64,000 nucleotides of DNA from an uncultured Candidatus Saccharibacteria bacterium (GCA_964547425.1 CAZJNH010000001.1:5295-69294); one strand, 5' to 3'; positions 7,839-18,205 are shown, counted from the stretch's first letter. Notes: a model not told the origin generated them from the sequence alone. Program-made: numbers and translations.

Positions 7839-10567
7839 ATATTCTAGGTTTTTTGGGCGAAATACTGCAGGTCGCTGGCCTGATACTGTTCCATTACTAC
7901 GGCTGGGTGCCTCTGGTCGGGGTGGTGGTTTATTTGACTTGGCAAAACCGGCGGCGCGTCGTGTGGCACCAAGGCATCGAGCAGTCTTTGCTATTAATTG
8001 AGGTACCGAAAGAAAATGAGAAGGACGCCCTAAGCGCCGAGCAAATGTTTGCCGCGTTGCATGGAATTTTGAGGCCCAAGTCCGATTTAACCAAGGAGGG
8101 CTCGCTCCAGGAGTACATCAGCTTTGAAATTGCCTCGATTGGCAACCGGATTCATTTCTACGTTTGGACGCCCAAGCACCTCAAAGACTTCGTCGAAGGC
8201 CAAATCTACGCCCAATACCCCAGCGTCCACATCAAAGAAGTCGAAGATGACTATGCCGGGCGGGAACACCTGAAAGGCAAGACCATCCTCGGAACCGAAC
8301 TGGCTCTAGATAAGGACCCGGTCCTGCCGATTAAAACCTACGAAAGTTTTGCCGTTGACCCGATTAGCTCGATCACCCAAGTGCTGTCAAAGCTCGATGA
8401 TGATGAAGAGATTTGGATTCAGGTTTTAGCCCGGCCGATCGAAGATGGCTGGAGCGAGGCCGGCAAAAAATTCCTCGTCGATTTGAAGGGCGGCAAAAAA
8501 GGCAAAACCCTTAAGGACGTTTTTCTTGAGTTGCCGCTTCACATAGTCTCAAACTCACTCCACGCCCTGGCCGCCCCGCCTGAAGAACCCAAAGAGGATA
8601 AGAAGGACGATAAAAAGGACGAGGATCCGACCAAAAAGTCCATCAGTGCCGCCGTTAGCGAAAAGGTGTCCAAACTGGGATACGAGGCCAAGATTAGATT
8701 GGTGTACCTTGGAACAAATAGCGAACAGGCTAGACTACGGATGCAGGCGTTAATCGGTTCATTTAAGCAATACAACACCTTAAATCTCAACGCCTTTGTG
8801 ACGACAGGGAACCGAAGCGACGAGGAACTGGTAGAGGAGTACCGCGCGCGCTTTTTCCCGCCGAAGGGTTCAATTATGAACACGGCGGAGCTGGCCAGTA
8901 TTTTCCATCTGCCGCACAAAAGCGTTGAAACCCCTAACATTGTCTGGAACACCGAACGAACTAGTGAACCGCCACCGACTTTGCCGATCGAAAACGAAGC
9001 CGACGCCGAAAACCTTAGTTTGTTTGGCCTTACCAACTTCCGCGGCCAGAGGCTTAAGTTCGGCATCAAGCGGCGCGACCGCGGGCGGCATCTTTATGTC
9101 ATCGGCCAAACTGGGACGGGTAAATCCATGCTGCTCCAGCTTTTGACTCTGTCCGATATCTACCAGGACCAAGGATTTGCCATCGTCGACCCTCACGGGG
9201 ACCTGGCCACCGACATTATGAAATATATTCCCGAGGAGAGGGTTAAAGACGTGATCTACTTCAACCCGGCCGACATCGAGTTTCCGATCGCCTTCAACCC
9301 AATGGAAGTAACCGACCCTAACTTCAAAAACAACATTTCCTCCGAAATCGTCGGCGTCTTAAAACGGATGTTCGAATCTTGGGGACCGCGGCTGGAGTAT
9401 ATTTTAAGGTTTACGATTCTGGCGCTCCTTGATTATCCGGATTCAACTTTGCTTGGCATTACCCGTATGCTAACCGACAAAGAGTTCCGCAAAAAAGTTG
9501 TCCGCGAGGTCCAAGACCCGGTGGTCAAAAACTTCTGGCTCAACGAGTTCGCTAGCTGGAACGACAAGTTCGCCAACGAGGCCGTCGCACCGGTCTTAAA
9601 CAAAGTCGGGGCCTTCACCGCCAACCCGCTGGTCAGGAACGTCATTGGCCAGCCAAAAAGCGCCATCAACCTGCGCAAGTTAATGGATGAAGGCAAGATC
9701 TTAATCGTCAACTTAAGCCAGGGACTAATAGGGGAGGACAACGCCTCCATCCTCGGCGCGCTAATGGTCACTAAGTTGCAGCTAGCCGCCATGAGCCGGG
9801 CCAATTTACCGCTCGACCAACGCCGGCCATTTTACTTGTACGTCGACGAATTCCAGAACTTCGCCACAGACTCATTTGCGGTCATTTTAAGCGAAGCCCG
9901 TAAGTATGGCTTGTATTTGACCGTTGCAAACCAATATATCGCTCAGATCGCCGAAACGGCCGTTAAAGACGCCGTGTTCGGCAACGTTGGCTCGATTGTA
10001 ACCTTCCGCGTCGGTGCCGACGACGCGACCTACCTTGCCAAGTACTTTAAACCGGTGTTTGAGGATACCGACATCGTCACCTTAAACAACCAACACATCC
10101 TGATTTCGATGAGTATCGACGGCGAGAAGTCTCCGCCATTTTCGGCTACCACCTTGATGATGCCTGAACCGGTCGAGGATATGAGCGCTAGCATTATCGC
10201 TCGCTCACGCCAGGACTACGCTAGCAGTAAGGCAGAGGTTACGGACGCGATCAGCAACTGGTCGTACGACATGCACCAAAAGACCAGAGGAGCAATGGAT
10301 GAGGAAGCGGCACCGGGCGAAGACGCGCCGGTTCGTATGGGTGAACAAAAAGCGAACACACCGAGTGAGCTCAAAAATCCGGAGCCTAGACCTGTCCAAC
10401 AGGAGAAAAAGCCTGAGCACAACAGAGATCATGATCGAGACAGGGATCGTCGTGATCGGCCAAAACACCACCAGCCGGAACCGAGAAAAGAGCAGCCAGC
10501 GGTAAATACACACAATCAGCCGGGCGAGTTGCACCAAGACGAAGTAGTGAAGCTGCACCAAGAATAG
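7835..10567 (+). CDS. membrane-anchored VirD4/TraG-family (type IV coupling-protein-like) ATPase
   Basis: 910 aa. N-terminal TM hairpin, Walker A (GQTGTGKS), DPHGD, Walker B (FYLYVDEFQNF), TraG/VirD4-like C-terminal region, and a charged low-complexity tail (DRDRDRRDRPKHH). No other T4SS genes are nearby. Confidence 0.7.
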   Translation: MNILGFLGEILQVAGLILFHYYGWVPLVGVVVYLTWQNRRRVVWHQGIEQSLLLIEVPKENEKDALSAEQMFAALHGILRPKSDLTKEGSLQEYISFEIASIGNRIHFYVWTPKHLKDFVEGQIYAQYPSVHIKEVEDDYAGREHLKGKTILGTELALDKDPVLPIKTYESFAVDPISSITQVLSKLDDDEEIWIQVLARPIEDGWSEAGKKFLVDLKGGKKGKTLKDVFLELPLHIVSNSLHALAAPPEEPKEDKKDDKKDEDPTKKSISAAVSEKVSKLGYEAKIRLVYLGTNSEQARLRMQALIGSFKQYNTLNLNAFVTTGNRSDEELVEEYRARFFPPKGSIMNTAELASIFHLPHKSVETPNIVWNTERTSEPPPTLPIENEADAENLSLFGLTNFRGQRLKFGIKRRDRGRHLYVIGQTGTGKSMLLQLLTLSDIYQDQGFAIVDPHGDLATDIMKYIPEERVKDVIYFNPADIEFPIAFNPMEVTDPNFKNNISSEIVGVLKRMFESWGPRLEYILRFTILALLDYPDSTLLGITRMLTDKEFRKKVVREVQDPVVKNFWLNEFASWNDKFANEAVAPVLNKVGAFTANPLVRNVIGQPKSAINLRKLMDEGKILIVNLSQGLIGEDNASILGALMVTKLQLAAMSRANLPLDQRRPFYLYVDEFQNFATDSFAVILSEARKYGLYLTVANQYIAQIAETAVKDAVFGNVGSIVTFRVGADDATYLAKYFKPVFEDTDIVTLNNQHILISMSIDGEKSPPFSATTLMMPEPVEDMSASIIARSRQDYASSKAEVTDAISNWSYDMHQKTRGAMDEEAAPGEDAPVRMGEQKANTPSELKNPEPRPVQQEKKPEHNRDHDRDRDRRDRPKHHQPEPRKEQPAVNTHNQPGELHQDEVVKLHQE

Positions 10568-10938
10568 AGCACAGAGTAATTATTTAATTACTAATTCTGG
10601 GATAGGCAGAACCGTTGAATTAGCCGATGAGGCTACGCCGTACAATGTATATTTTGCGACATACAACGTATGGTCATAAAGCAGTATCACTGGACCTGTT
10701 TAATTGGTCTGTGATCTGGGAATACGCCTTATTGAAGCCAAAATCCTAGCACGCGGCCAAAGAATTATAAGCGGGCGGCGGTAAAGAAGCCAAGAGCATG
10801 TAAAGAGCGCCAATTAGCCAACTTCCCTGCCCCGCGGAAAACATACATTGAAAAAAAATTTCCGTTAAGTTGTAGCTACAAAATAAATTAACCACTCACC
10901 CGAATGAAAACCGAACTAAAGGGCAGAGGAGGGTTGCA

Positions 10939-11787
10939 TCACTTATAGTAGGCTTTGCCTTCGACGCGTAGATCCACATACTCCTTTGGCCGCCGACCGC
11001 TCTTGGCCAGGCTGCTCAAAACCAATTGTAGCGCGTGGATCTGGCTCCCCGCCCCCCTAGTGGTATCGAACTTAACCAAAAACCCGCGCGCTAGGTTCAC
11101 ATTCAGCTCGCTTGTAGTGTCACGCACGCTCATATCCTTAACCTTCTCCCCTAACCCAGCTAGTCCGGCCGCGGTATCGAGCGTAAAGGCGACAAATCGG
11201 CTGGGCACCACTCTTTCCCCTGCCTTGACCGGCAGGTTTGTCGTATCTGTTACCACCGCCAGCTTCCCTTGCTTGTCGGTGATTTGGCGAATCACCGTTC
11301 CGTCCCTGTCCAACAGATACAATACTCCCCCGCTCCGCCAGGCCAGTGACGGTTCACGCTCGGAGACAGTAATGATCAGCCGGGTTGGCCACCCTCGTTT
11401 GAATGACAAGTGCTTGATTTCCGGAATCTCCCCTATCACCGACTGTTCCAGCCGGCCGGGGCTAAAGGTAATCAGGTTGTCCCCCAAAAGCTGCGACCGC
11501 AGTCCCTTGCGCACCGACAGTTCGATGAGTTTCGGGCTTATAGTCTGGGCGCCCTGGATCTGGACTTCGCCAATCAAAAAGTACCGCCACAGAAAAAATA
11601 GCGCTGCCGCTCCTAAAACATATTTAACCCACCACAAACGCGAACGGCCAGGCCGCCGGCGCGGGGTGGGAGTGGATGATGGCGCGGGACGCGGGCGGTT
11701 AAAACCTCTCCCGGAAGGAAGGTTCGGCCGGCCAACGTTTCTGACTTGGCGATCAGGCATCGCTTCCTGTTTCTTCTGGCTCATCAA
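10939..11787 (-). CDS. ftsQ: cell division protein FtsQ/DivIB
   Basis: Basic, Pro-rich N-terminus, one TM, then POTRA-like and FtsQ-type domains, as expected for FtsQ/DivIB. Last gene of the dcw cluster. The start may be the internal Met at 11760, which would shorten the overlap with murG. Confidence 0.75.
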   Translation of the reverse strand: MMSQKKQEAMPDRQVRNVGRPNLPSGRGFNRPRPAPSSTPTPRRRPGRSRLWWVKYVLGAAALFFLWRYFLIGEVQIQGAQTISPKLIELSVRKGLRSQLLGDNLITFSPGRLEQSVIGEIPEIKHLSFKRGWPTRLIITVSEREPSLAWRSGGVLYLLDRDGTVIRQITDKQGKLAVVTDTTNLPVKAGERVVPSRFVAFTLDTAAGLAGLGEKVKDMSVRDTTSELNVNLARGFLVKFDTTRGAGSQIHALQLVLSSLAKSGRRPKEYVDLRVEGKAYYK

Positions 11788-12925
11788 CCCGTGCCGCGGC
11801 CAAAATTACCTTGGCCAATCTTTCATCGGCATCCGGCACCGCGAACTCCCCAATCTGTTTTGACAGATAAGATCGCTCCGCTTCACTCTCAAGCAAATGA
11901 TCAACTTCCCTAATCAGCGTCTGGGTCGTTAGCCTGTCTTCGGTTATTACCCGAACCGCGCCTGCCCTGCCCATAATCTGGGCATTGACGGTTTGATGTC
12001 CCCCGGTCAGGTGCGGATTTGGAATCAGGATCGTCGGTTTTTTGAGCTGCGCCAGTTCAGCCAGAGTATTCGCCCCTGCACGAGAGATTACAATGTCGGC
12101 CGCTTCCAGCGCCGCGCCAATCTCGTCATGCAAAAACGCCACCGGGCGGTACTGTGTAACCAGCTGCGGTTCCAGTTTACGGGTTTCAAACTTTACCCTC
12201 TCGATATCCTTCTCACCGGTGACATGGATCAGCTGGACCTTTTGTAATAATTCAGGCAGAGCGGATAGCACCGCTTCGTTGACCCGCTGGGCCCCGCTAG
12301 AGCCTCCAAGTACCAGGACTACTGGCTTTTTCTCGTCGAAGTTAAAGTGTTTTAGCCCGGCCAGGCGATGGGATTTAGTGATTAGGCCGCGGACCGGGTT
12401 GCCGACGTAGACTAACTTGTCGGATGGCTCGCCCCGGTACTTATCAACCGGAAACCCGGTGGCGAGTTTCGCCGCCCAGCGCGACAGGATTCGGTTCGTC
12501 AGACCAGGCACTGCGTCAGAGTCATGGATCACCAGCGGGTATCTCATTAGTCCGGCGGCTATCCCTACCGGCAACCCGACATAACCCCCTTTTACGAACA
12601 CTACGTTCGGATCGTAGGCTTTAATAATTTTGCGGCTTTGCCAAACACCGGCAGCAACCCGGAATAGGTCGGTGAAGTTTCGGCCTATACTTGACAAATT
12701 AGCTATTCTATGTTGTAGCTTTAACTTATGAAAACGGCGGTACTTGCCCGCCGCGATCGGCTTAAACTCCAGGCCAGCTCCCCGCGCCAGCTTGGCCTCA
12801 ACTCCTCCGCCGGTCCCGACGTACAAAATCTCGGCGGACTTATCGAGCCGTTTTAGGGCGTCGGCCGTAGCCAGAATCGGCGAAATGTGACCACCGGTCC
12901 CCCCGCCGCTGACGAGAATTCGCAT
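11753..12925 (-). CDS. murG: undecaprenyldiphospho-muramoylpentapeptide beta-N-acetylglucosaminyltransferase MurG
   Basis: Canonical N-terminus MRILVSGGGTGGHISP, GT28 family, 390 aa. Confidence 0.9.
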   Translation of the reverse strand: MRILVSGGGTGGHISPILATADALKRLDKSAEILYVGTGGGVEAKLARGAGLEFKPIAAGKYRRFHKLKLQHRIANLSSIGRNFTDLFRVAAGVWQSRKIIKAYDPNVVFVKGGYVGLPVGIAAGLMRYPLVIHDSDAVPGLTNRILSRWAAKLATGFPVDKYRGEPSDKLVYVGNPVRGLITKSHRLAGLKHFNFDEKKPVVLVLGGSSGAQRVNEAVLSALPELLQKVQLIHVTGEKDIERVKFETRKLEPQLVTQYRPVAFLHDEIGAALEAADIVISRAGANTLAELAQLKKPTILIPNPHLTGGHQTVNAQIMGRAGAVRVITEDRLTTQTLIREVDHLLESEAERSYLSKQIGEFAVPDADERLAKVILAAARVDEPEETGSDA

Positions 12926-14039
12926 CAGCCTCCTCCGTTACGGTATGTTTGGAAATGTTGTGCAGGATCCCGACCGCCAGCAGTGTGATCACTAAGTTAG
13001 TTCCGCCGAAACTAATAAACGGGAGCGGGATGCCGGTTAAGGGCATCAAACTAAGCATCGCCATGATGTTAATAATCGCCTGGAACATAATCCATAAGGT
13101 AATACCACTAGCCGCTAGCCGCGAAAACATGTCCGGCGCCAGTTTGGCGATTTTAAAGCCGCGGTAGATTACGATTCCTAAAATAGCAATCACTATCATT
13201 GAGCCAATCAGCCCGAACTCTTCGGCGATGACGGCAAAAATCGAGTCATTGGCGGCTTCCGGCAGGTAACCATAAATTTGGACGCTCTTACCCAGGCCGA
13301 CGCCAAGTAATCCGCCGGAACCTATCGCGATCAATGCTTGGTTAATGTGATAACCAACACCAGTGACATCCTTAGATGGATTCAAGAACGCGGTGATTCT
13401 GGCCAAACGGTGTGAGAAGGCTACGACCGCAACGGTTCCTAGAGCCGCAGCGCCGGCCAGCATAGCGCCAAAGTGGCTCCAGCGCATACCGGCAATAAAG
13501 TACATAAACATACAGGCGAGAGCTATAACCGCCATCGTCCCCAAGTCGCGCTGGAAGAACACGACAACCGCCGACACCAGAAGCATGATCAAGCCGAACG
13601 GCGCTAACCCGTCCCACAAACTGCGGATGCTTCCTTTCTGTTTCTCAAACCATGCCGCCAGGTACAGAATAATCGCCGGTTTTAAAAGCTCCGCCGGTTG
13701 AAAGGTAATCGGTCCCAAACTGACCCACCGTGTTGCTCCGTTACGGGCAACACCGAGACCGGGAACTAAGAGCGCCACCAAACCGAGCAGCGCCAAGATA
13801 ATCAGATACTTTGACCACACCCGCCAGCGCTCGTAACTAACGCTCGAAGCCCAGACCCAGGCCACCAACCCGAGTCCGAGACTGACAACCTGGCGCAAGA
13901 AGAAGTAATTGCCCTCACTGCCGCCAACGTTGTTTGAGAGTACCGGGCTCAGGGAATAAATCATGATCAGGCCTATGCCAAGCAGCGCCGCCACGCCGAG
14001 TGTCAGAATATAATCCGGCCGGTGCGCTCGGGGCTTCAT
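12840..14039 (-). CDS. ftsW: SEDS-family peptidoglycan polymerase FtsW
   Basis: Polytopic SEDS protein located in the dcw cluster. The ORF is open up to 14105, but the Met at 14039 forms an ATGA overlap with the mraY stop. The 3' end overlaps murG by 86 nt in a different frame. Confidence 0.8.
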   Translation of the reverse strand: MKPRAHRPDYILTLGVAALLGIGLIMIYSLSPVLSNNVGGSEGNYFFLRQVVSLGLGLVAWVWASSVSYERWRVWSKYLIILALLGLVALLVPGLGVARNGATRWVSLGPITFQPAELLKPAIILYLAAWFEKQKGSIRSLWDGLAPFGLIMLLVSAVVVFFQRDLGTMAVIALACMFMYFIAGMRWSHFGAMLAGAAALGTVAVVAFSHRLARITAFLNPSKDVTGVGYHINQALIAIGSGGLLGVGLGKSVQIYGYLPEAANDSIFAVIAEEFGLIGSMIVIAILGIVIYRGFKIAKLAPDMFSRLAASGITLWIMFQAIINIMAMLSLMPLTGIPLPFISFGGTNLVITLLAVGILHNISKHTVTEEADANSRQRRGDRWSHFADSGYGRRPKTAR

Positions 14040-15076
14040 AAAAGCTTCGTCCCAAAAAGCGCTATCATCAGCCCGACGGCGCCGCAAATCTGCCCAATTA
14101 CCCACAGCCGCATAGTTACCTTCGTTTCCGGCCAGCCCTTAGCAATGAGGTGGTGATGTAGCGGCGCGGAGATAAAGACCTTACGTTTAAAGATTTTCTT
14201 CGACAGGATCTGGATGACGCTAGATCCGGCTTCAAGCACAAACACACCGCCAATAATCGGCAATACAAACGCCGAATTTAAAAGCATCGCTACGACTCCA
14301 AGGGCTGTACCGAAGGCAAAAGCCCCGGTATCACCCATTAGAAAGCGGCATGGGAAAATATTGAACCAGGTGTAGGCCAAAAGCACACCAACCATGGTGG
14401 CGCAAAATCCCGCGATGCCGATGTTGCCGGTCAAAAAGGCGTAAACACCGAAGGTTCCAAACGCCGTTGCCAGTAGTCCACCGGCCAACCCGTCAAGTCC
14501 GTCGGTAATATTAACGGCGTTGGCGGTCGAGACAACCACCGCAATAAAAAGCGGAATATAGAGCCAGCCAATCTCATAATCGCCGAATGCCGGAACATGA
14601 ATCTGGCTGTAACCTAGTTTGTAGAAGAAATAAAGTGCGCCCAAGACAGCGATTCCGAGGATCAACAAAAGCTTCATCTTCGCTTTTAGCCCTCCAGCTA
14701 AGTTGCGGGAGCCGCGGATGTTAATGTAATCGTCAATCAGCCCAACAGCGCCGGCCGCCACCAAGACGAACAGCGGCAAGTAGGTTTGCGAGCGTGACAA
14801 ATTAAGCACCACCGTAACCACAACGGCTGCCGCGATGCCAATAATACCTGCCATGGTCGGAATATCCCGTCGATGCTTTTCGACTTGTTGCTGGTGGGCG
14901 ATCGGCGCCGCCTCCCCCGTTGTGGCGTGGGTCCTAGCTTTTTTCCACCACTGGCGCTTGAAAGCGAAATGTGTATAAACAGGTGTCAGCAGCATCGCCA
15001 AGATAAACGCGTAAACCGCCTGGCCGAAAATTTTGATAATCAAGTGAGCACTGCCAGATCGAAATATGGTTTCCAT
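14036..15076 (-). CDS. mraY: phospho-N-acetylmuramoyl-pentapeptide transferase MraY
   Basis: 346 aa polytopic protein in the MraY position of the dcw cluster, between ftsI and ftsW. Confidence 0.9.
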   Translation of the reverse strand: METIFRSGSAHLIIKIFGQAVYAFILAMLLTPVYTHFAFKRQWWKKARTHATTGEAAPIAHQQQVEKHRRDIPTMAGIIGIAAAVVVTVVLNLSRSQTYLPLFVLVAAGAVGLIDDYINIRGSRNLAGGLKAKMKLLLILGIAVLGALYFFYKLGYSQIHVPAFGDYEIGWLYIPLFIAVVVSTANAVNITDGLDGLAGGLLATAFGTFGVYAFLTGNIGIAGFCATMVGVLLAYTWFNIFPCRFLMGDTGAFAFGTALGVVAMLLNSAFVLPIIGGVFVLEAGSSVIQILSKKIFKRKVFISAPLHHHLIAKGWPETKVTMRLWVIGQICGAVGLMIALFGTKLL

Positions 15077-15092
15077 TAGAAGTATTTTACCA

Positions 15093-16844
15093 TCATGCTG
15101 GTGCTATCCCCAGGTAGCGGATTAAGTATTTGGCGATATTGGCGAAAACCGGCACCGTCGTAGTCTCAGCAAAGGTACCGATCTGCGGCTGGTCAATCCT
15201 GACCATCATCACAAAACGCGGGTGGTTGGCAGGCAAAAAACCAACGAATGAGCCGATGGTTTTGTTGGTCAGGTACCCCGGCGCGTTAGGGTCCGGTATC
15301 TGGGCGGTACCGGTCTTGCCGGCTACCGTGTAGCCTTTAATTTGAGTCAGGTACCCGTTACCATGCTCAACCACCGTAATCATCATCTTGCGTAAATCCG
15401 ACGCAGCGCGCTCGGAAATTATGTGTCCATTGACCAGCCTTGGCGAAGTTTTTTTGACCTCTCCTTTAGGCGAGATAATTTGGTCGATCAACTGAGGCTG
15501 GTACAGCCTACCCCCATTGGCAATCGCCGTTGCCGCCATGACCATCTGCATAACCGTCACCGATAGACCCTGACCGAAACTCATGTTGGCGTAGTTAATG
15601 TTACGGCTGCCCGGCACGGGCACAAATCCAGCCGCCTCCGCCGGCTGCTCCACACCGGTCTTTGAACCAAACCCAAAGTGCTTCGTTATGTAATCAAACA
15701 GCGTCTGCTTCCCTACGGCGGTAATTTTGTCAGGGTCGCCGCCCAGCTGCTTCAGGATGAAGATCACGCCAGTGTTGAGCGAGAAAGTGATAACGTGGGT
15801 CATATCCTGCTTGCCCCATATCCGATTTTCAGCGTTGTGCACCGTGTAGCCGTCCGATTTGAACGAACCGGTGTCTTTGTACTTGGTGGTTGGCTTGACC
15901 TTGCCGGTGTCGAGCCCTGCTGCCATAGTAATAATCTTAAATCCGGAACCAGGCTCAAATAAGTTCGACACCACTCGGTTATCGAATACGTTATAGTCGG
16001 TCACAGCCCCGTAGTTGGCCGGGTCGTAGGTTGGATAGTTGGCCATCGCCCAGACTTTGCCGGTTTGAGGATCAACCACCACGACACTCCCTGATTTTGC
16101 CCGAACCGCTTTCACTCCCGCGGCTAAATATTTTTCGGCTTGAGCCTGGATATTACGGTCAATGGTTAAAACCAGATCGGAGCCATCTACGGGGGGTTTA
16201 ATCAGGTTTTTGGCGGTAGGAATAGGGTTTCCCTGGGTGTCGGTGATAGCTTTTAGCAGGCCGTTTTGGCCGGCTAGGTCTTTGTTGAAGTAACCCTCAA
16301 CCCCGTACTGCCCAGCGCCGTCACCATTAACAAAGCCGAGCAGCTGGGAGGCCAAATCGCCCTCCGGATAAGTGCGGTACTGATTTTCGGTTAAACCGAT
16401 TCCAAGCAGCTTTAACGAACCAATCTTGCTGGCCAGGGCCGACTCAACCCTGCTTTTTAAGACGACATATTGGCCGCCCCGGTTTAGTTTATCCAAATAT
16501 CCTTGAGGGCTATCGCCCGTAACGTGAGCCAGGCTCTTAGCGGTATCGGCCCGATCCTTGTTTTGAATTAAGCTGGGGTCGGCGTAAAGCAGGTACAGAT
16601 TTTGGTTCAGCGCCAGCGGTACGGTCTGGTCACCATCGTGGGCCATGATTTCGCCGCGCCGAGCCGGAACGTCGAATTTGCGCGAGTGCGATTTGGCGGC
16701 CTGAGCGGTATAAAAGCCGTGTTTAACTACCTGCAAACTAAATAGCCTCCAGGCAAGTAAAATTCCAGCCGCGAACATCACAAGCGTCAGCAAACTGATG
16801 CGCCGCGTCTGGACTTTGGTTTCCGTATAGTTAAACTCGGCCAT
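15093..16844 (-). CDS. ftsI: class B PBP, division transpeptidase FtsI
   Basis: N-terminal TM, PBP dimerisation domain, transpeptidase motifs (SGFK, SLN, KTGTA). Confidence 0.85.
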   Translation of the reverse strand: MAEFNYTETKVQTRRISLLTLVMFAAGILLAWRLFSLQVVKHGFYTAQAAKSHSRKFDVPARRGEIMAHDGDQTVPLALNQNLYLLYADPSLIQNKDRADTAKSLAHVTGDSPQGYLDKLNRGGQYVVLKSRVESALASKIGSLKLLGIGLTENQYRTYPEGDLASQLLGFVNGDGAGQYGVEGYFNKDLAGQNGLLKAITDTQGNPIPTAKNLIKPPVDGSDLVLTIDRNIQAQAEKYLAAGVKAVRAKSGSVVVVDPQTGKVWAMANYPTYDPANYGAVTDYNVFDNRVVSNLFEPGSGFKIITMAAGLDTGKVKPTTKYKDTGSFKSDGYTVHNAENRIWGKQDMTHVITFSLNTGVIFILKQLGGDPDKITAVGKQTLFDYITKHFGFGSKTGVEQPAEAAGFVPVPGSRNINYANMSFGQGLSVTVMQMVMAATAIANGGRLYQPQLIDQIISPKGEVKKTSPRLVNGHIISERAASDLRKMMITVVEHGNGYLTQIKGYTVAGKTGTAQIPDPNAPGYLTNKTIGSFVGFLPANHPRFVMMVRIDQPQIGTFAETTTVPVFANIAKYLIRYLGIAPA

Positions 16845-16867
16845 TATCCTAGCCTCTCGTGATGGCT

Positions 16868-17188
16868 CTATTTAATGAATGTGGTGGGCCCTTCGGAGAC
16901 CAATCCTTTAACGGCATTGGACGATGAAATGCTGTGGATCGATTGTAACCTGGCGGCCTCAATTTCAAGATCCTGTTTTTGCGACAGCAGCTGGTTTTTC
17001 TGGCTTTTAAGCTGGTTGAGCTTGGTACCGAAGACGCTGGTTTTGGTGATCTGTGTCAGGTACAAAAGCGCCAGCAAACAAACAACCGCGATGGTAACGA
17101 AGCGGCTTGAGACCGGCCCGACCATAACCTTGCTGCGGCTGCGGTATAAGTTCTGGTTGCGCCTGGCGGCGACTGTGAAGGTGGTCAT
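16868..17188 (-). CDS. ftsL: FtsL-like division protein
   Basis: 106 aa. Short cytoplasmic N-terminus, one TM, coiled-coil tail. Sits between rsmH and ftsI, the usual FtsL position. Confidence 0.5.
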   Translation of the reverse strand: MTTFTVAARRNQNLYRSRSKVMVGPVSSRFVTIAVVCLLALLYLTQITKTSVFGTKLNQLKSQKNQLLSQKQDLEIEAARLQSIHSISSSNAVKGLVSEGPTTFIK

Positions 17189-17329
17189 TTATTTTTCCTT
17201 TGTTTATTTTTGGTTTTGGTGGGGCGTCCGCTCAGGCAACGGATCGCCCCTTTCGTCGCGCCTACTTGCGGCGGCGCAGTACCCGAACTTTGATGGAGAC
17301 GGCGTTTGAGCGTCCCCGTACTGGGATAG

Positions 17330-18205
17330 TCATTTTTTCCCCTCCTTTAGCGTTTTTATTTTCTTGGCGGCTCGCAGCTTGGCGCTGCGGGCGCGCGGGT
17401 TATTGTCAAAATCTCTGCCGGAAAGCGGCTTTTTGGTCAGGATTTCCAGATCGTTTGCCTCTTTGAAGGCTTGCTTCACGATCCGATCCTCCAGCGAGTG
17501 GAAGCTAATCACCGCGATGCGGCCTCCTTCTGCCAGTAGATCGATCATTAATGGCAAACCGCTCCTTAACTGCTCGAGCTCGCCGTTAACTTCGATCCGT
17601 ATAGCCTGGAAGGTCCTCGTCGCCGAGTCGATCTTGCCGGAGTAGCCGACGGCCTTACGAACAGCGTCTGCCAGCTCCTGTGTGCCATTAAACGGACGTT
17701 GGCTGGCGATCGCCCTAGCTACCCTGCCGGCCTTATGCTCCTCGCCGTACTCGCCGATAATGCGTTTGAGGTCGTACTCCGAGTATTTGTTGACTATTTC
17801 GGCGGCGCTAAGCGTTTGGGTCGGGTCCATTCTCATATCGAGCGGACCGTTCCCGCTAAAGCTAAATCCTCTTTCCGGACTGTCAAATTGCGGTGACGAA
17901 ACCCCAACGTCGAGCAAGATCAGATCAAACTGCTCCCCCACATCCAGCAGCTGCTTAGCCGCCTGGACGAACGAAGCCTGGTAGATAGAGGCCCTGTCGC
18001 CGAATTGAGCCTCGAGGTGCTCAACCGCGGTAGGATCTCTATCTACCAGTACCGATTTGCCGCTAGTTTTTTCCAGTATCGCCGCCGCATGCCCTCCGAA
18101 CCCGGCCGTAGCGTCCAAATACGAATCGCCCGGCTGCGGTTCTAGCAGCTCGATTACCTGGTTAAGTAAAACTGGCTGGTGCTGGTGTTTCATTTTCAAG
18201 GTCAC
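17330..18205 (-). CDS. rsmH: 16S rRNA (cytosine1402-N4)-methyltransferase RsmH (MraW)
   Basis: SAM-MTase with the MraW hallmarks (LLDATAGFGGH, GVSSPQFD). Confidence 0.88.
   Translation of the reverse strand: MTLKMKHQHQPVLLNQVIELLEPQPGDSYLDATAGFGGHAAAILEKTSGKSVLVDRDPTAVEHLEAQFGDRASIYQASFVQAAKQLLDVGEQFDLILLDVGVSSPQFDSPERGFSFSGNGPLDMRMDPTQTLSAAEIVNKYSEYDLKRIIGEYGEEHKAGRVARAIASQRPFNGTQELADAVRKAVGYSGKIDSATRTFQAIRIEVNGELEQLRSGLPLMIDLLAEGGRIAVISFHSLEDRIVKQAFKEANDLEILTKKPLSGRDFDNNPRARSAKLRAAKKIKTLKEGKK

Noticed and set aside
10955-11863. 302-aa plus-strand ORF opposite ftsQ, and similar antisense ORFs inside murG, ftsW, ftsI, the kinase gene, secA and others
   Set aside because: They lie fully within well-supported genes on the other strand and have no motifs. 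The ORF track contains many such shadow ORFs.
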